Shown here: one piece after another, positions 42,001 to 54,149 of the stretch
Layout of the letters: each line of letters starts with the position of its first letter
Position numbering within the stretch: the stretch's first letter is position 1
Source: Eledone cirrhosa
Taxonomy: Eukaryota
DNA: 64,000 bases
NCBI GenBank assembly: GCA_964016885.1
Contig: CAXHJY010000491.1
Span: forward strand, 117,497-181,496
Direction of reading: 5' to 3'
Program-made: the position numbers and the translations under genes
The notes under the pieces: model-generated
The model's database searches: none
Seen by the model: only the letters and a program-made list of their open reading frames with translations
Told to the model about the DNA's origin: nothing

Positions 42001-45000
42001 TTCCCACATCTGGACAGTAGAGTTAGTACAATTGACCAGTGAAGTACAGTATATTAGGACAGATTTCCCACATGTAGACAGTATAGTTAGTACACTTGAC
42101 CACTGAAGTACAGTATATTAGACCATGTTTCCCACATGTAGACAGTAGAGTTAGTACAATTGGCCAGTGACGTATAGTATGTTAGGCCATGTTTCCCACA
42201 TGTAGACAGTAGAGTTAGTACAAATGGCCAATTAAGTACAGTATATTAGGCCAGGTTTCCCGCATGTAGACAGTATAATTAGTACAATTGACCAGTGAAG
42301 TACAGCATATTAGGCAATGTTTCCAACATGTAGACAGTAGAGTTAGTACAATTGGCCAGTGACGTACAGTATGTTAGGCCATGTTTCCCATATGTAGACA
42401 GAAGAGTTAGTACAATTGGCCAGTGAAGTACAGCATATTAGGCCATGTTTCCCACATGTAGACAGTAGAGTTAGTACAATTGGCCAGTGAAGTACAGTAT
42501 GTTAGGCCATGTTTCCCACATGTAGACAGAAGAGTTAGTACAATTGGCCAGTGAAGTACAGCATATTAGGCCATGTTTCCCACATGTAGACCGTAGAGTT
42601 ATTACAATTAGCCGATGAAGTACAGTATATTAGGCCAGGTTCCCCCACATCTAGAAAGTAGAGTTAGTACAATTGGCCAGTGAAGTACAGTATGTTAGGC
42701 CATGTTTCCCATATGTAGACAGTAGAGTTAGTACAGCTGGTCAGTGAAGTACAGTATGTTGGGCAATGTTTACCACATGTAGACAGTAGAGTTAGTACAA
42801 TTGGCCAGTGAAGTACAGTATGTTAGGCCATGTTTCCCTCATGTAGACAGTAGAGTTAGTACAGTTGGTCAGTGAAGTACAGTATGTTGGGCCATGTTTC
42901 CCACATGTAGACAGTAGAGTTAGTACAAATGACCAGTGAAGAACAGTATGTTAGGCCAGTTTCCCCACATGTAGACAATAGAGTTAGTACAATTGGCCAG
43001 TGAAGTACAATATGCTAGGCCATGTTTCCACATGTAGTCAGTAGTGTTAGTACAATTGGCCAGTGAAGTAAAGTATGTTAGGCCATGTTTCCCACATGTA
43101 GACAGTAGAGTTAGTACAATTGACCAGTGAAGTAGAGTATATTGGGACAGATTTCCCACATGTAGACAGTATAGTTAGTACAATTGACCAGTGAAGTACA
43201 GCATATAAGGCCATGTTTCCCACATGTAGACAGTAGAGTTATTACAATTAGCCGATGAAGTACAGTATATTAGGCCAGGTTCCCCACATCTAGAAAGTAG
43301 AGTTAGTACAATTGGCCAGTGAAGTACAGTATGTTGGGCCATGTTTCCCACATGTAGACAGTAAAGTTAGTACAATTGGTCAGTGAAGTACAGTATGTTA
43401 GGCCATGTTTCCCACATGTAGACAGTAGAGTTAGTACAGCTGGTCAGTGAAGTACAGTATGTTGGGCCATGTTTACCACATGTAGACAGTAGAGTTAGTA
43501 CAATTGGCCAGTGAAGTACAGTATGTTAGGCCATGTTTCCCTCATGTAGACAGTAGAGTTAGTACAGTTGGTCAGTGAAGTACAGTATGTTGGGCCATGT
43601 TTACCACATGTAGACAGTAGAGTTAGTACAATTGGCCAGTGAAGTACAGTATGTTAGGCCATGTTTCCCACAATGTAGACCGTAGAGTTAGTACAATTGG
43701 CCAGTGAAGTACAGTATGCTAGGGCATGTTTCCCACATGTAGACAGTAGAGTTAGTACAAATGACCAGTGAAGTACAGTATGTTAGGCCATGTTTCCCAC
43801 ATGTAGACAGTAGAGTTAGTACAATTGGCCAGTGAAGTACAGTATGTGAGGCCATGTTTCACACATGTTGACATCGGAGTTAGTACAATTGGCCAGTGAA
43901 GTACAGTATATTAGGCAATGTTTCCCACATGTAGACAGTAGAGTTAGTACAATTGGCCAATGAAGTACAGTATATTATTTCCCCACATGTAGTCAGTAGA
44001 GTTAGTACAATTGGCCAGTGAAGTAAAGTATGTTAGGTCATGTTTCCCACATGTAGACAGTAGAGTTAGTACAATTGACCGGTGAAATAGAGTATATTGG
44101 GACAGATTTCCCACATGTAGACAGTATAGTTAGTACAATTGACCAGTGAAGTACAGCATATTAGGCCATGTTTCCCACATGTAGACAGTAGAGTTAGTAC
44201 AATTGGCCAATGAAGTACAGTATGTTAGGCCATGTTTCCCACATGTAGACAGAAAAGTTAGTACAATTGGCTAGTGAAGTACAGCATATTAGGCCATGTT
44301 TCCCAGATGTAGACAGTAGAGTTAGTACAATTGGCCAATGAAGTACAGTATATTAGGCCAGTTTCCCCACACGTAGACAGTAGAGTTAGTACAATTAGCC
44401 AGTGAAGTACAGTATGCTAGGCCATGTTTCCACATGTAGACAGTAGAGTTAGTACTGTTGGTCAGTGAAGTACAGTATGTTGGGCCATGTTTCCCACATG
44501 TAGACAGTAAAGTTAGTACAATTGGTCAGTGACGTACAGTATATTAGGCCATGTTTCCCACATGTAGACAGTAGAGTTAGTACAATTGGCCAGTGAAGTA
44601 CAGTATGTTAGGCCATGTTTACCACATGTAGACAGTAGAGTTAGTACAGTTGGTCAGTGAAGTACAGTATGTTACGCCATGTTTCCCACATGTAGACAGT
44701 AGAGTTATTACAATTGGCCAGTGAAGTACAGTATGTTAGGCAATGCTTCCCACATGTTGACAGTAGAGTTAGTACAGTTGGTCAGTGAAGTACAGTATGT
44801 TAGGCCATGTTTCCCACATGTAGACAGTAGAGTTAGTACAATTGGCCAGTGAAGTACAGTATGTTAGGCCATGTTTCCTACATGTAGACAGTAGAGTTAG
44901 TACAATTGGCCAGTGAAGTACAGTATGTTAGGCCATGTTTCCCACATGTAGACAGTAGAGTTAGTACAGTTGGTCAGTGAAGTACAATATGTTAGGCCAT

Positions 45001-47367
45001 GTTTCCCACATGTAGACAGTAGAGTTAGTACAGTTGGTCAGTGAATTACAGTATGTTAGGCCATGTTTCCCACATGTAGACAGTAGAGTTAGTACAATTG
45101 GCCAGTGAAGTACAATATGTTAGGCCATGTTTCGCACATGTAGACAGTAGAGTTAGTACAGCTGGTCAGTGAAGTACAGTATGTTAGGCCATGTTTCCCA
45201 CATGTTGACAGTAGAGTTAGTACAATTGGCCAGTGAAGTACAATATGTTAGGCCATGTTTCCCACATGTAGACAGTAGAGTTAGTACAGTTGGTCAGTGA
45301 AGTACAGTATGTTAGGCCATGTTTCCCAGATCTAGATAGTAGAGTTAGTACAATTGGCCAGTGAAGTACAGTATGTTAGGCCATGTTTCCCACATGTAGA
45401 CAGTATAGTTAGTACAGTTGGTCAGTGACTTACAGTATGTTAGGCCATGTTTCCCATATGTAGACAGTAGAGTTAGTACAGCTGGTCAGTGAAGTACAGT
45501 ATGTTGGGCCATATTTACCACATGTAGACAGTAGAGTTAGTACAATTGGCCAGTGAAGTACAGTATGTTAGGGCATGTTTCCCTCATGTAGACAGTAGAG
45601 TTAGTACAGTTGGTCAGTGAAGTACAGTATGTTGGGCCATGTTTACCACATGTAGACAGAAGAGTTAGTACAATTGGCCAGTGAATTAAAGTATGTTAGG
45701 CCATGTTTCCCACATGTAGACAGTAGAGTTAGTACAATTGACCAGTGAAATAGAGTATATTGGGAAAGATTTCTCACATGTAGACAGTATAGTTAGTACA
45801 ATTGACCAGTGAAGTACAGCATATTAGGCCATGCTTCCCACATGTAGACAGTAGAGTTAGTACAATTGGCCAATGAAGTACAGTATGTTTGGCCATGTTT
45901 CCCACATGTAGACAGAAGAGTTACTGCAATTGGCCAGTGAAGTACAGCATATTAGGCCATGTTTCCCACATGTAGACAGTAGAGTTAGTACAATTGGCCA
46001 ATGAAGTACAGTATATTAGGCCAGTTTCCCCACACGTAGACAGTAGAGTTAGTACAATTAGCCAGTGAAGTACAGTATGCTAGGCCATGTTTCCACATAT
46101 AGACAGTAGAGTTAGTACTGTTGGTCAGTGAAGTACAGTATGTTGGGCCATGTTTCCCACATGTAGACAGTAAAGTTAGTACAATTGGTCAGTGACGTAC
46201 AGTATATTAGGCCATGTTTCCCACATGTAGACAGTAGAGTTAGTACAATTGGCCAGTGAAGTACAGTATGTTAGGCCATGTTTCCCACATGTAGACAGTA
46301 GAGTTAGTACAGTTGGTCAGTGAAGTACAGTATGTTACGCCATGTTTCCCACATGTAGACAGTAGAGTTATTACAATTGGCCAGTGAAGTACAGTATGTT
46401 AGGCCATGTTTCCCACATGTAGACAGTAGAGTTAGTACAATTGGCCAGTGAAGTACAATATGTTAGGCCATGTTTCGCACATGTAGACAGTAGAGTTAGT
46501 ACAGCTGGTCAGTGAAGTACAGTATGTTAGGCCATGTTTCCCACATGTTGACAGTAGAGTTAGTACAATTGGCCAGTGAAGTACAATATGTTAGGCCATG
46601 TTTCCCACATGTAGACAGTAGAGTTAGTACAGTTGGTCAGTGAAGTACAGTATGTTAGGCCATGTTTCCCACATGTAGACAGTAGAGTTATTACAATTGG
46701 CCAGTGAAGTACAGTATGTTATGCCATGTTTCCCACATGTAGACAGTATAGTTAGTACAGTTGGTCAGTGAATTACAGTATGTTAGGCCATGTTTCCCAT
46801 ATGTAGACAGTAGAGTTAGTACAGCTGGTCAGTGAAGTACAGTATGTTAGGCCATGTTTCCCACATGTAGACAGTAGAGTTAGTACAGCTGGTCAGTGAA
46901 GTACAGTATGTTAGGCCATGTTTCCCACATGTAGACAGTAGAGTTAGTACAGTTGGTCAGTGAATTACAGTATGTTAGGCCATGTTTCCCATATGTAGAC
47001 AGTAGAGTTAGTACAGCTGGTCAGTGAAGTACAGTATGTTAGGCCATGTTTCCCACATGTAGACAGTAGAGTTAGTACAGCTGGTCAGTGAAGTACAGTA
47101 TGTTAGGCCATGTTTCCCACATGTAGACAGTAGAGTTAGTACAGTTGGTCAGTGAATTACAGTATGTTAGGCCATGTTTCCCATATGTAGACAGTAGAGT
47201 TAGTACAGCTGGTCAGTGAAGTACAGTATGTTAGGCCATGTTTCCCACATGTAGACAGTAGAGTTAGTACAGTTGGTCAGTGATGTACAGTATGTTAGAC
47301 CATGTTTCCCACATGTAGACAGTAGAGTTAGTACAATTTGTCAGTGAAGTACAGTATGTTAGGCAAT
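1..47367. repeat. Satellite DNA array, 64-bp monomer, about 740 head-to-tail copies, open at the left edge of the window
   Basis: Consensus GTAGACAGTAGAGTTAGTACAATTGGCCAGTGAAGTACAGTATGTTAGGCCATGTTTCCCACAT (a perfect copy is at 2047-2110; 27/64 G+C, no CpG). Copies differ by a few substitutions, with recurrent 62-, 63- and 66-bp indel variants. I saw a single orientation and no insertions. The array ends abruptly at ...TATGTTAGGCAAT near 47367. Confidence 0.99.
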
Positions 47368-48099
47368 CACCAATTAGGTATACCAGTTATGTTAATGATC
47401 CCAATGATAGAGTAGTGTAAAGGTGTGACCTAATAAACAAAGAACATAATGTTAGTTAAACTAAGCTATGTCACTATCCGTTTAGGGTTCCTCTTGTAGG
47501 TAGTTTAATGTCATATTCCTAGGGGGTGTGAAATTATCCCGCACTATACTATATAAGGAGAGTGGTTTGGCGGTCAACAATAACTGAAATAACGACCATC
47601 CCCCACCGCCACCCCCCAATACACCCAGGGCCCAAAGGCCCACCAACCGTCTCCGTGTAATACGGTATACCGAAGAAAAGGAAAATTTATTTTTTTCCAA
47701 GGACTCAAGGAGAGTTGACAGACCCAAGCGCTAAGAGAGTAGTTAGGAGGGTCTCCACCGTCTGTCGGTGTCGTAACGTATGCCATATAATTACTAGGTA
47801 TCCATACTAGAGAAGTTAATGATAAAGTCGAGAAGTATCAAAACTAAAGCAACACAGGATTTAATGAGACAGGAAAACCTATACACAATCCCTAGCTGCC
47901 TCTAGGTTCCATGTGCTGCACAGTCTTACATACATATTGGATGTAATCCAATGCTATCCCGCAATAAACATAGGTAAGATACATACATTGAAACCAGGCT
48001 ATCACTGAAGACGCAGCACCTGCCTCTTCTCCTCGTCTGATCAGCCGCGGCTGTCTTCCACACCACCAGATGAAACAGCGGGCTTGCCTGATGTTGAAG

Positions 48100-48920
48100 C
48101 CTCGCTGGTCAACATCGCCTAGCTCAGGCGGCTCCGGAAGATTCAGCTCAATATCCCGAGAACAGCCCCGGTGCCAGTAGCCGATGCCCTCGCTTCCTTA
48201 ATCGAAAGAGCCCTGGGTTCTAATCTAGCCAGTGACTGGGAGCGCCTTTTTTATTTCTCCCCACTCACCCTCGGCTACCCCAACTCTGGCGCTGACCGAG
48301 GCGGCCTGCCGACAGCAGCTTTTGTCAAGACCAATGTTTCGACCTTTGGGCAAGCGCCCATCCCAAGTGTGCCGAAGGACACAAAACCCTCTGCTCTAGG
48401 GTGTTCTCAATCCTCCACCACTGAGGTCAGCGCAAAGTGTTTACGCGATCGCATAAACGCCAAACTAATCATGGGTGATGTCTCGGCTACAGTCAGAGTG
48501 GTTGCCTCGGGGGATACTGTCCCCAACCCACCAAGGATATCCTGGCTTCCCTGCGGCTCAAGCACCCTCAGTCGCCAGCCGACCTTAGAACCATACCCCC
48601 ACCTGATCCTCACTTGCTCCTTGTGGCTTCCGACGCAGACATCATGTCTGCCATCAAGTCCTTCTCAGCCAGCAGCAGCGGAGGTGCTGAAGGCCTTCGA
48701 TCTGGCCGCCTCAAAGAGTTGTTATCCCCCCACTCCGCTGAGGACGGGCGCCGCCTTCTGAGTGGAATTGCAGCACTCACTAATAGGCTCATCCATGGCA
48801 CCCTGAACCCTAACGTCCGAGGCCTATTCTTTTCGGCTAGGCTGACAGCTATCAGGAAGAAAGAATGTGGCATATGCCCCATCGCCGTGGGCAACGTCTT
48901 CCGGAGGCTGTTCGGACCTG
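48100..48920 (+). mobile_element. Degenerate CRE-clade-like non-LTR retrotransposon fragment (pre-RT region and start of the reverse transcriptase), frameshifted and 3'-truncated
   Basis: Motifs across frames: IPRTAPVPVADALASLI..DWERLFYF; KLIMGDVSATVRVVASGD; LRLKHP; AIKSFSASSSGGAEGLRSGRLKEL; FFSARLTAIRKKECGICPIAVGNVFRRL. The last matches the L.AL.KK.GG.RPIAVG..LRRL pattern of CRE-type RT domains 1-2. Frameshifts separate ORFs 48171-48761 and 48614-48952; no YADD is present. Confidence 0.8.
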
Positions 48921-49112
48921 GTGTGCAGCGTCAGTTGTCCGTAGGGAGGTAGGGGTTTGTACTTAGCGAAGGTTTTACAACCTTTTGTTTGCGATTCCTG
49001 TATCTATTATTACATGTTTGGATTCAACGTAATCCTCTTACATAATTCATCACGTATGAATTGTATGTACAAAAACAACAAATCTGCACCGACTGATTAT
49101 TTACACCCAACA

Positions 49113-49880
49113 CACCACTACCTTCACCACTACCACCACCACTACCACTACCACCATTACTACTACCACCACTACCATTACCACCACCACCTTCAACACT
49201 ACTACCACTACCACTACCACCACTACTACCACCACCGCTACCACTACCACTACCACTTCAACACTACTACCACTACCACTATCACTACCACCACTACTAC
49301 CACCACCACTACCACTACTACCACTATCACTACCATCATCACCACTACTACCATCACCACTACCACTACCACCATTACCACCATCCCTACTACCACCACT
49401 ACCATCATTACCACCATCACTACTACCACCACCACCACCATCACCACTACCACTACTACCACAACCATCACTACTATACCATCACCACTGTTACCACCAC
49501 CACCATCACTACTACCATCACCACCACCATCATCATCACCACTACCACTACCACCATCACTATCATTGTCATCACTACTGCTACCATCACCACTACCACT
49601 GACATCACCACCGCTACCACCGCTACCACCACCACCACCATCACTACTACCACCACCACCACCATCATCATCACCACTACAACCACCACCACCACTACTA
49701 TCACCACCACCATCACTACTACCACCACCATCACCATCATCATCACCACTACCACTACCACCACCACTATCACTGTCATCACTACCGCTACCATCACCAC
49801 TACCACTGCCATCACCACCGCTACCACCACCACCACCATCATCTTCACCACCACCACTACCACCAACACTATCACCACTG
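49113..49880. repeat. Cryptic trinucleotide simple repeat (ACC/ACT/ATC)n
   Basis: About 770 bp of mixed CAC/TAC/CAT triplets, with internally duplicated blocks (CTATCA(T/C)TGTCATCACTAC near 49560 and 49766). Confidence 0.95.
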
Positions 49881-50004
49881 AAAACACTGTTGTATATTAT
49901 ATAGCGAGTGTATTCCAAGGGGGTAGGGGGGGGGGATAATTAATTGAATAAATAAACATTTAGTTAATTGTAAATATACGATAGAGACCGTGAAATGTAT
50001 TTAA

Positions 50005-50185
50005 TTAATTGTTTCTACGATTGGCACAAGGCCAGCAATTAACCAGTACATTACTGGTACTTCATTTTATCGACCCCGTAAGGATGAAAGGCAAAGTTAA
50101 CCTCGGCGGGATTTGAACTCAGACCATAAAGGGCCGTAACTCTTTTCTGCAAAGCATGGCGTCCAACCATCTACCGATACTGCCC
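50005..50185 (-). mobile_element. tRNA-derived SINE (cephalopod-type), short internally deleted form
   Basis: Minus strand: A-box-like GGCAGTATCGG, B-box GAGTTCAAATCC, central GCCTTTCATCCTTACGGGGTCGATAAAAT, then CTGGCCTTGTGCC and an AT-rich tail. Near-identical copies occur at ~57.9 and ~61.2 kb. Confidence 0.9.
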
Positions 50186-50537
50186 ATCCACAGCCGTGGA
50201 TTTAATTAACGGAAAGTATAATGTGTCGGTGACATAGAAAGTAAAAGAGTTTAGGTAAAGGATGAGTAAAATGTCTATAAAGAGGTAATCATAAGCATTT
50301 AGAAAATGGTAGTGATGGGAGTAAAAATATATGAAATATAAGATAATATATGAAATATAAGATATAACAAATAAGGTGTAACAAATAAACAAATAAACAG
50401 CAAAGCTTAAAAAACAATAAAATTTAAAACTGTGAAGTTTAAAAATAAGTTTTAAAATAATATTGTTTGAATAAGATATGTAGTTTGAGAAGTAAAGTTT
50501 GAAAAGATTAGAATAAAAAATATAGGATATAGGAATA

Positions 50538-50792
50538 GATATCAGTGAGATGTAGTGTATAGTGATATCAGGTGAGATGTAGTGATATCAGGTGAGATGT
50601 AGTGATATTAGGTGTGGTATAATGATATCAGGTGAGGTGTAGTGATATCAGGTGAGGTGTAGTGATATCAGATGAAGTGTGGTGTATGGTGATATCAGGT
50701 GAGGTGTAATGATATCAGGTGAGGTGTAGTGATATCAGATGCGGTGTAGTGATTTCAGGTAAGGTGTAGTGTATAGTGATATCAGGTGAGAT
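50538..50792. repeat. Minisatellite, ~20-bp unit GTAGTGATATCAGGTGAG(G/A)T
   Basis: About 11-12 tandem copies, some carrying a 7-bp GTGTATA-type insertion. Confidence 0.93.
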
Positions 50793-51418
50793 GGGCTGAG
50801 TAGTAACCCTTTACGTAAATACCTAGAGACCAAGAACTATAAAGGTAAAGTTCAGTGACACTAAGGTGTAGGGTGTGAGGAAGAGAAGGGGTCGTGTGAC
50901 TACTTCAAAGAATTGGTAAAGTCCTACGGCCGTTTGATTGTTCCAAGTGTGGATATGTCAAAATTTAGAGTGTGGTCCGAGTTGTGAAGTAGGCTTGTTT
51001 TCGGCAGATAAAATCCTATTGGGGTGGTATTACTCCCACGATGGTAATGGTCTCGCATCGGAACCATATTATTTCTAGCCGCTTTACAATCCACTCACAC
51101 CACTTTCAACTGTCTGTCACACGAGATAATTTATTCCCTCGTGTGTTATTTAGTTACCTTGGGTGTTTGTCGCATATAGTCCTTTCTCCTGCTGAAGATG
51201 GCATGGGATTATCTGTTACAAATACAAATTTCAAGGTGAAACAGATTAAATCTCTAACCTGCCCAAGAGATTAATAGTTATTGAAACGGTTAAAACCTTT
51301 TAATTAATTTTTAATCCTTCATTTTCCGTTTGTTTCATAGATTGAATTCTTCATACCAAGGTGGTCTTTTAGCCCTCGTAATTTGAAACACTCAATTTAC
51401 TGTGTTTATTCCTATACA

Positions 51419-51704
<286 letters not shown>

Positions 51705-52237
51705 AGTTCAAGGATACAACAATCAGAGGTACAAAATGTCTGATTATTTCACGCTTTATATGGAAAAGGGGGAAAGAAAGTTTTATGTGTTGGGCTTTAG
51801 CCCCTCTTCAGGAGTACAACAATAGAGAAAGGATCGCAAAGGAGATACAGAAAATAAAAGATAGTCCAGGTAAAATAAAAAAACAGTAAGGATATATATA
51901 TATATATATATATACAAATATATATACAAAATTAAGATAATCAAATGAATTTAATCTAAATCAAAATTAAATCTAAATCAAAATGCTGTTTGAACTTGAA
52001 GTGTAAACACGGATTGCTGGAAATGTGCTCCTTGTTGAAAATCCAAATCTCGACTTCTGTGATTTACCATCTGATTAATTGGTGAAATATATTTCTTTAA
52101 TGGAATATATACAGGGAAGATTAATCATATTACAAGGTATTTATTTAGTTAACTACCTAGCTATGTGTGGTTACACACTTGTAAAAATTATCTCCTATGA
52201 TTATTCATGTTTATTTATATGTTAATCAATCTATAGT

Positions 52238-52426
<189 letters not shown>

Positions 52427-52738
52427 TTGTTATACTTGGGGAGGGTCATATTGTTGTAATAATATTTCTTAGAAATAATAACAGAACACACTCACTGTTT
52501 GGTTGGTTTTCGCTTCTATATCTTTTATATCTCCATAGTTAATTTATTTGGCAATCAATGTTTATCATTCATTGACCAAAGGTTAAAAATACAGATATAT
52601 ATATATATATATATAGTCTATCAAAGTTCTTTCGTTGCACATCAGCAACATCATCGGTGGTACTATTATGTTTCCTCCCATTGTATTTTACTGTAATGAC
52701 TACGCTATTTTTTATTTCTATCTCTCTGAACATATATA

Positions 52739-53801
52739 TCTACTATATAAATTGGAGGTGGTCGGACGTTGTATATGTTGGTGTAGTCAGATAAACGTCG
52801 AAACGGCTTGGTGGAATGCAGCGAAAATGTACACAGTTATGCAGAATGACTCGAGGAGGCGTTGGTTCGACGTTCAAGCTACAAGCTTCCATGGTTACGG
52901 AGAAAATCGATGAAACAAGAATTTCCCATTCAAATTGAACTGAGACGAATCTGTGAACGCAGAAGTAAATATTTCGAGAAACGGGGCAACCGAAGGAAAA
53001 CTGGAAGACGATATTTTGGTCCGTGAAGACGTTCCCTGGCAATGAACGGGGGAAAAGCGAGGATAATACGTCGTTATGTTGAACGAGAAGAACAATTTCA
53101 TGCAAAGACAAGACCAAGTTTATGGTATAAATGATGTCGTTAGACTAATATTCTATTTAAAATAACAGAATGATTTCCAGCCCCGGAGTTTAAGAATGAT
53201 GTAAATAAAATTGAAAACGAAAATGACAGAGGTTATTAAAATAGTAAAATTAAATAGTGAAGATTTAGGCCAGTATATACGTATGCATTGACGGCTATAC
53301 ACATACATGCGCACACACAAATACATACACACCCACAAGCACACACACAAATGCGCGCGCGCGTATTTATAAACCTTATACATTTCTACAGTATTTTCAC
53401 CAAAATTAAGACATTGGTTGCTTATGTACTCCGGATGGTCATGGGCGCTTTCATTTTTCCAGATATTGATTATAGGGCCTCCCAGCAGATAACCCCCTTT
53501 AGCCACTTCCTTGGAGTCGACTGAAGCACTGCAGTGCAATGCAATAAAACGTCATAACTTCTGGAGTTCGCAACCGATTTTCACAAAACTTGACACATGG
53601 GCTACGTTTGTCCTACAGATGAATGTGAACTCTCAGAATTGGCACATAATGAGTAGGGGAACCCTGGGGGCAGGAACCCCCTTTTGGAAAAAGCCGATGA
53701 TTTTGTAAAAGTATAGTTTTCGAAGCAGCACTGAAGTATTGACATAAATGGTATACACAACTGCTATTTAATACCCGAGCAACGCCGGGTACCCCTGCTA
53801 G
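52739..53801 (+). mobile_element. Non-autonomous Helitron (~1.06 kb)
   Basis: 5' end A^TCTACTATATAAA. The 3' end has hairpin ACCCGAGCAACGCCGGGT (53773-53790), then CTAG (53798-53801) followed by T, giving the canonical A|TC...CTAG|T insertion with no TSD. Internal CCGATTTTCACAAAACTTG motif and a CA microsatellite are typical of such elements. Pairing of the two ends into one element is inferred. Confidence 0.8.
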
Positions 53802-53812
53802 TATATATATAC

Positions 53813-53848
<36 letters not shown>

Positions 53849-54149
53849 AGGGAAGAGAAGCCATGTCATCGTATACCAAAATACAAATAATGAAATTCTG
53901 AAGTAAGATAAAGTAATAAAACTATGGAGTCACATAAAGATATGGAAGACAATAGCTTCTGTAAAAATAAAATCTCAAAGTAAATTTCGTCTAAACAATA
54001 AAATATTCCCTTGTTAATATTGGGTTGCATTAATCACTGATATTAATAACTGGAAATTGTAGGTTTTTGTCGTAACACACGTTTCTTACATTTTGACGTG
54101 TGTCCAGCCGACATGTTGAAGCCATGCTGGGACACAGCTATTAGTTGAA

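Noticed and set aside
3958-43159. Fourteen repeated 65-90 aa minus-strand ORFs (MGNLSQYTLL...CGKHG...) as a peptide or zinc-finger gene family
   Set aside because: They lie wholly within the 64-bp satellite, whose period is not a multiple of 3. They appear only where a 63-bp variant monomer postpones a stop. There is no C2H2 spacing, linker or 84-bp period. They are useful only as higher-order-repeat markers.
1-47367. CRISPR array or other repeat-spacer system
   Set aside because: There are no unique spacers: the whole 64 bp repeats with point variants. No cas genes are present and the context is eukaryotic.
47480-47560. Telomeric repeat or rDNA spacer promoter (TTTAGGG; TATATAAGGAG)
   Set aside because: There is a single TTAGGG only, and no rRNA sequence follows.
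47769-49112. LTR pair flanking the RT fragment (TGTCGTAACG at 47769; TGT..AACA segment ~48936-49112)
   Set aside because: The two segments are not similar to each other, I found no PBS, PPT or TSD, and the RT is non-LTR type. A solo-LTR origin for either cannot be excluded without a search.
48957-49918. His/Thr/Pro-rich 315-aa ORF and Gly/Val-rich antisense ORFs (extensin- or mucin-like)
   Set aside because: These are translations of a cryptic trinucleotide repeat that is open in several frames on both strands.
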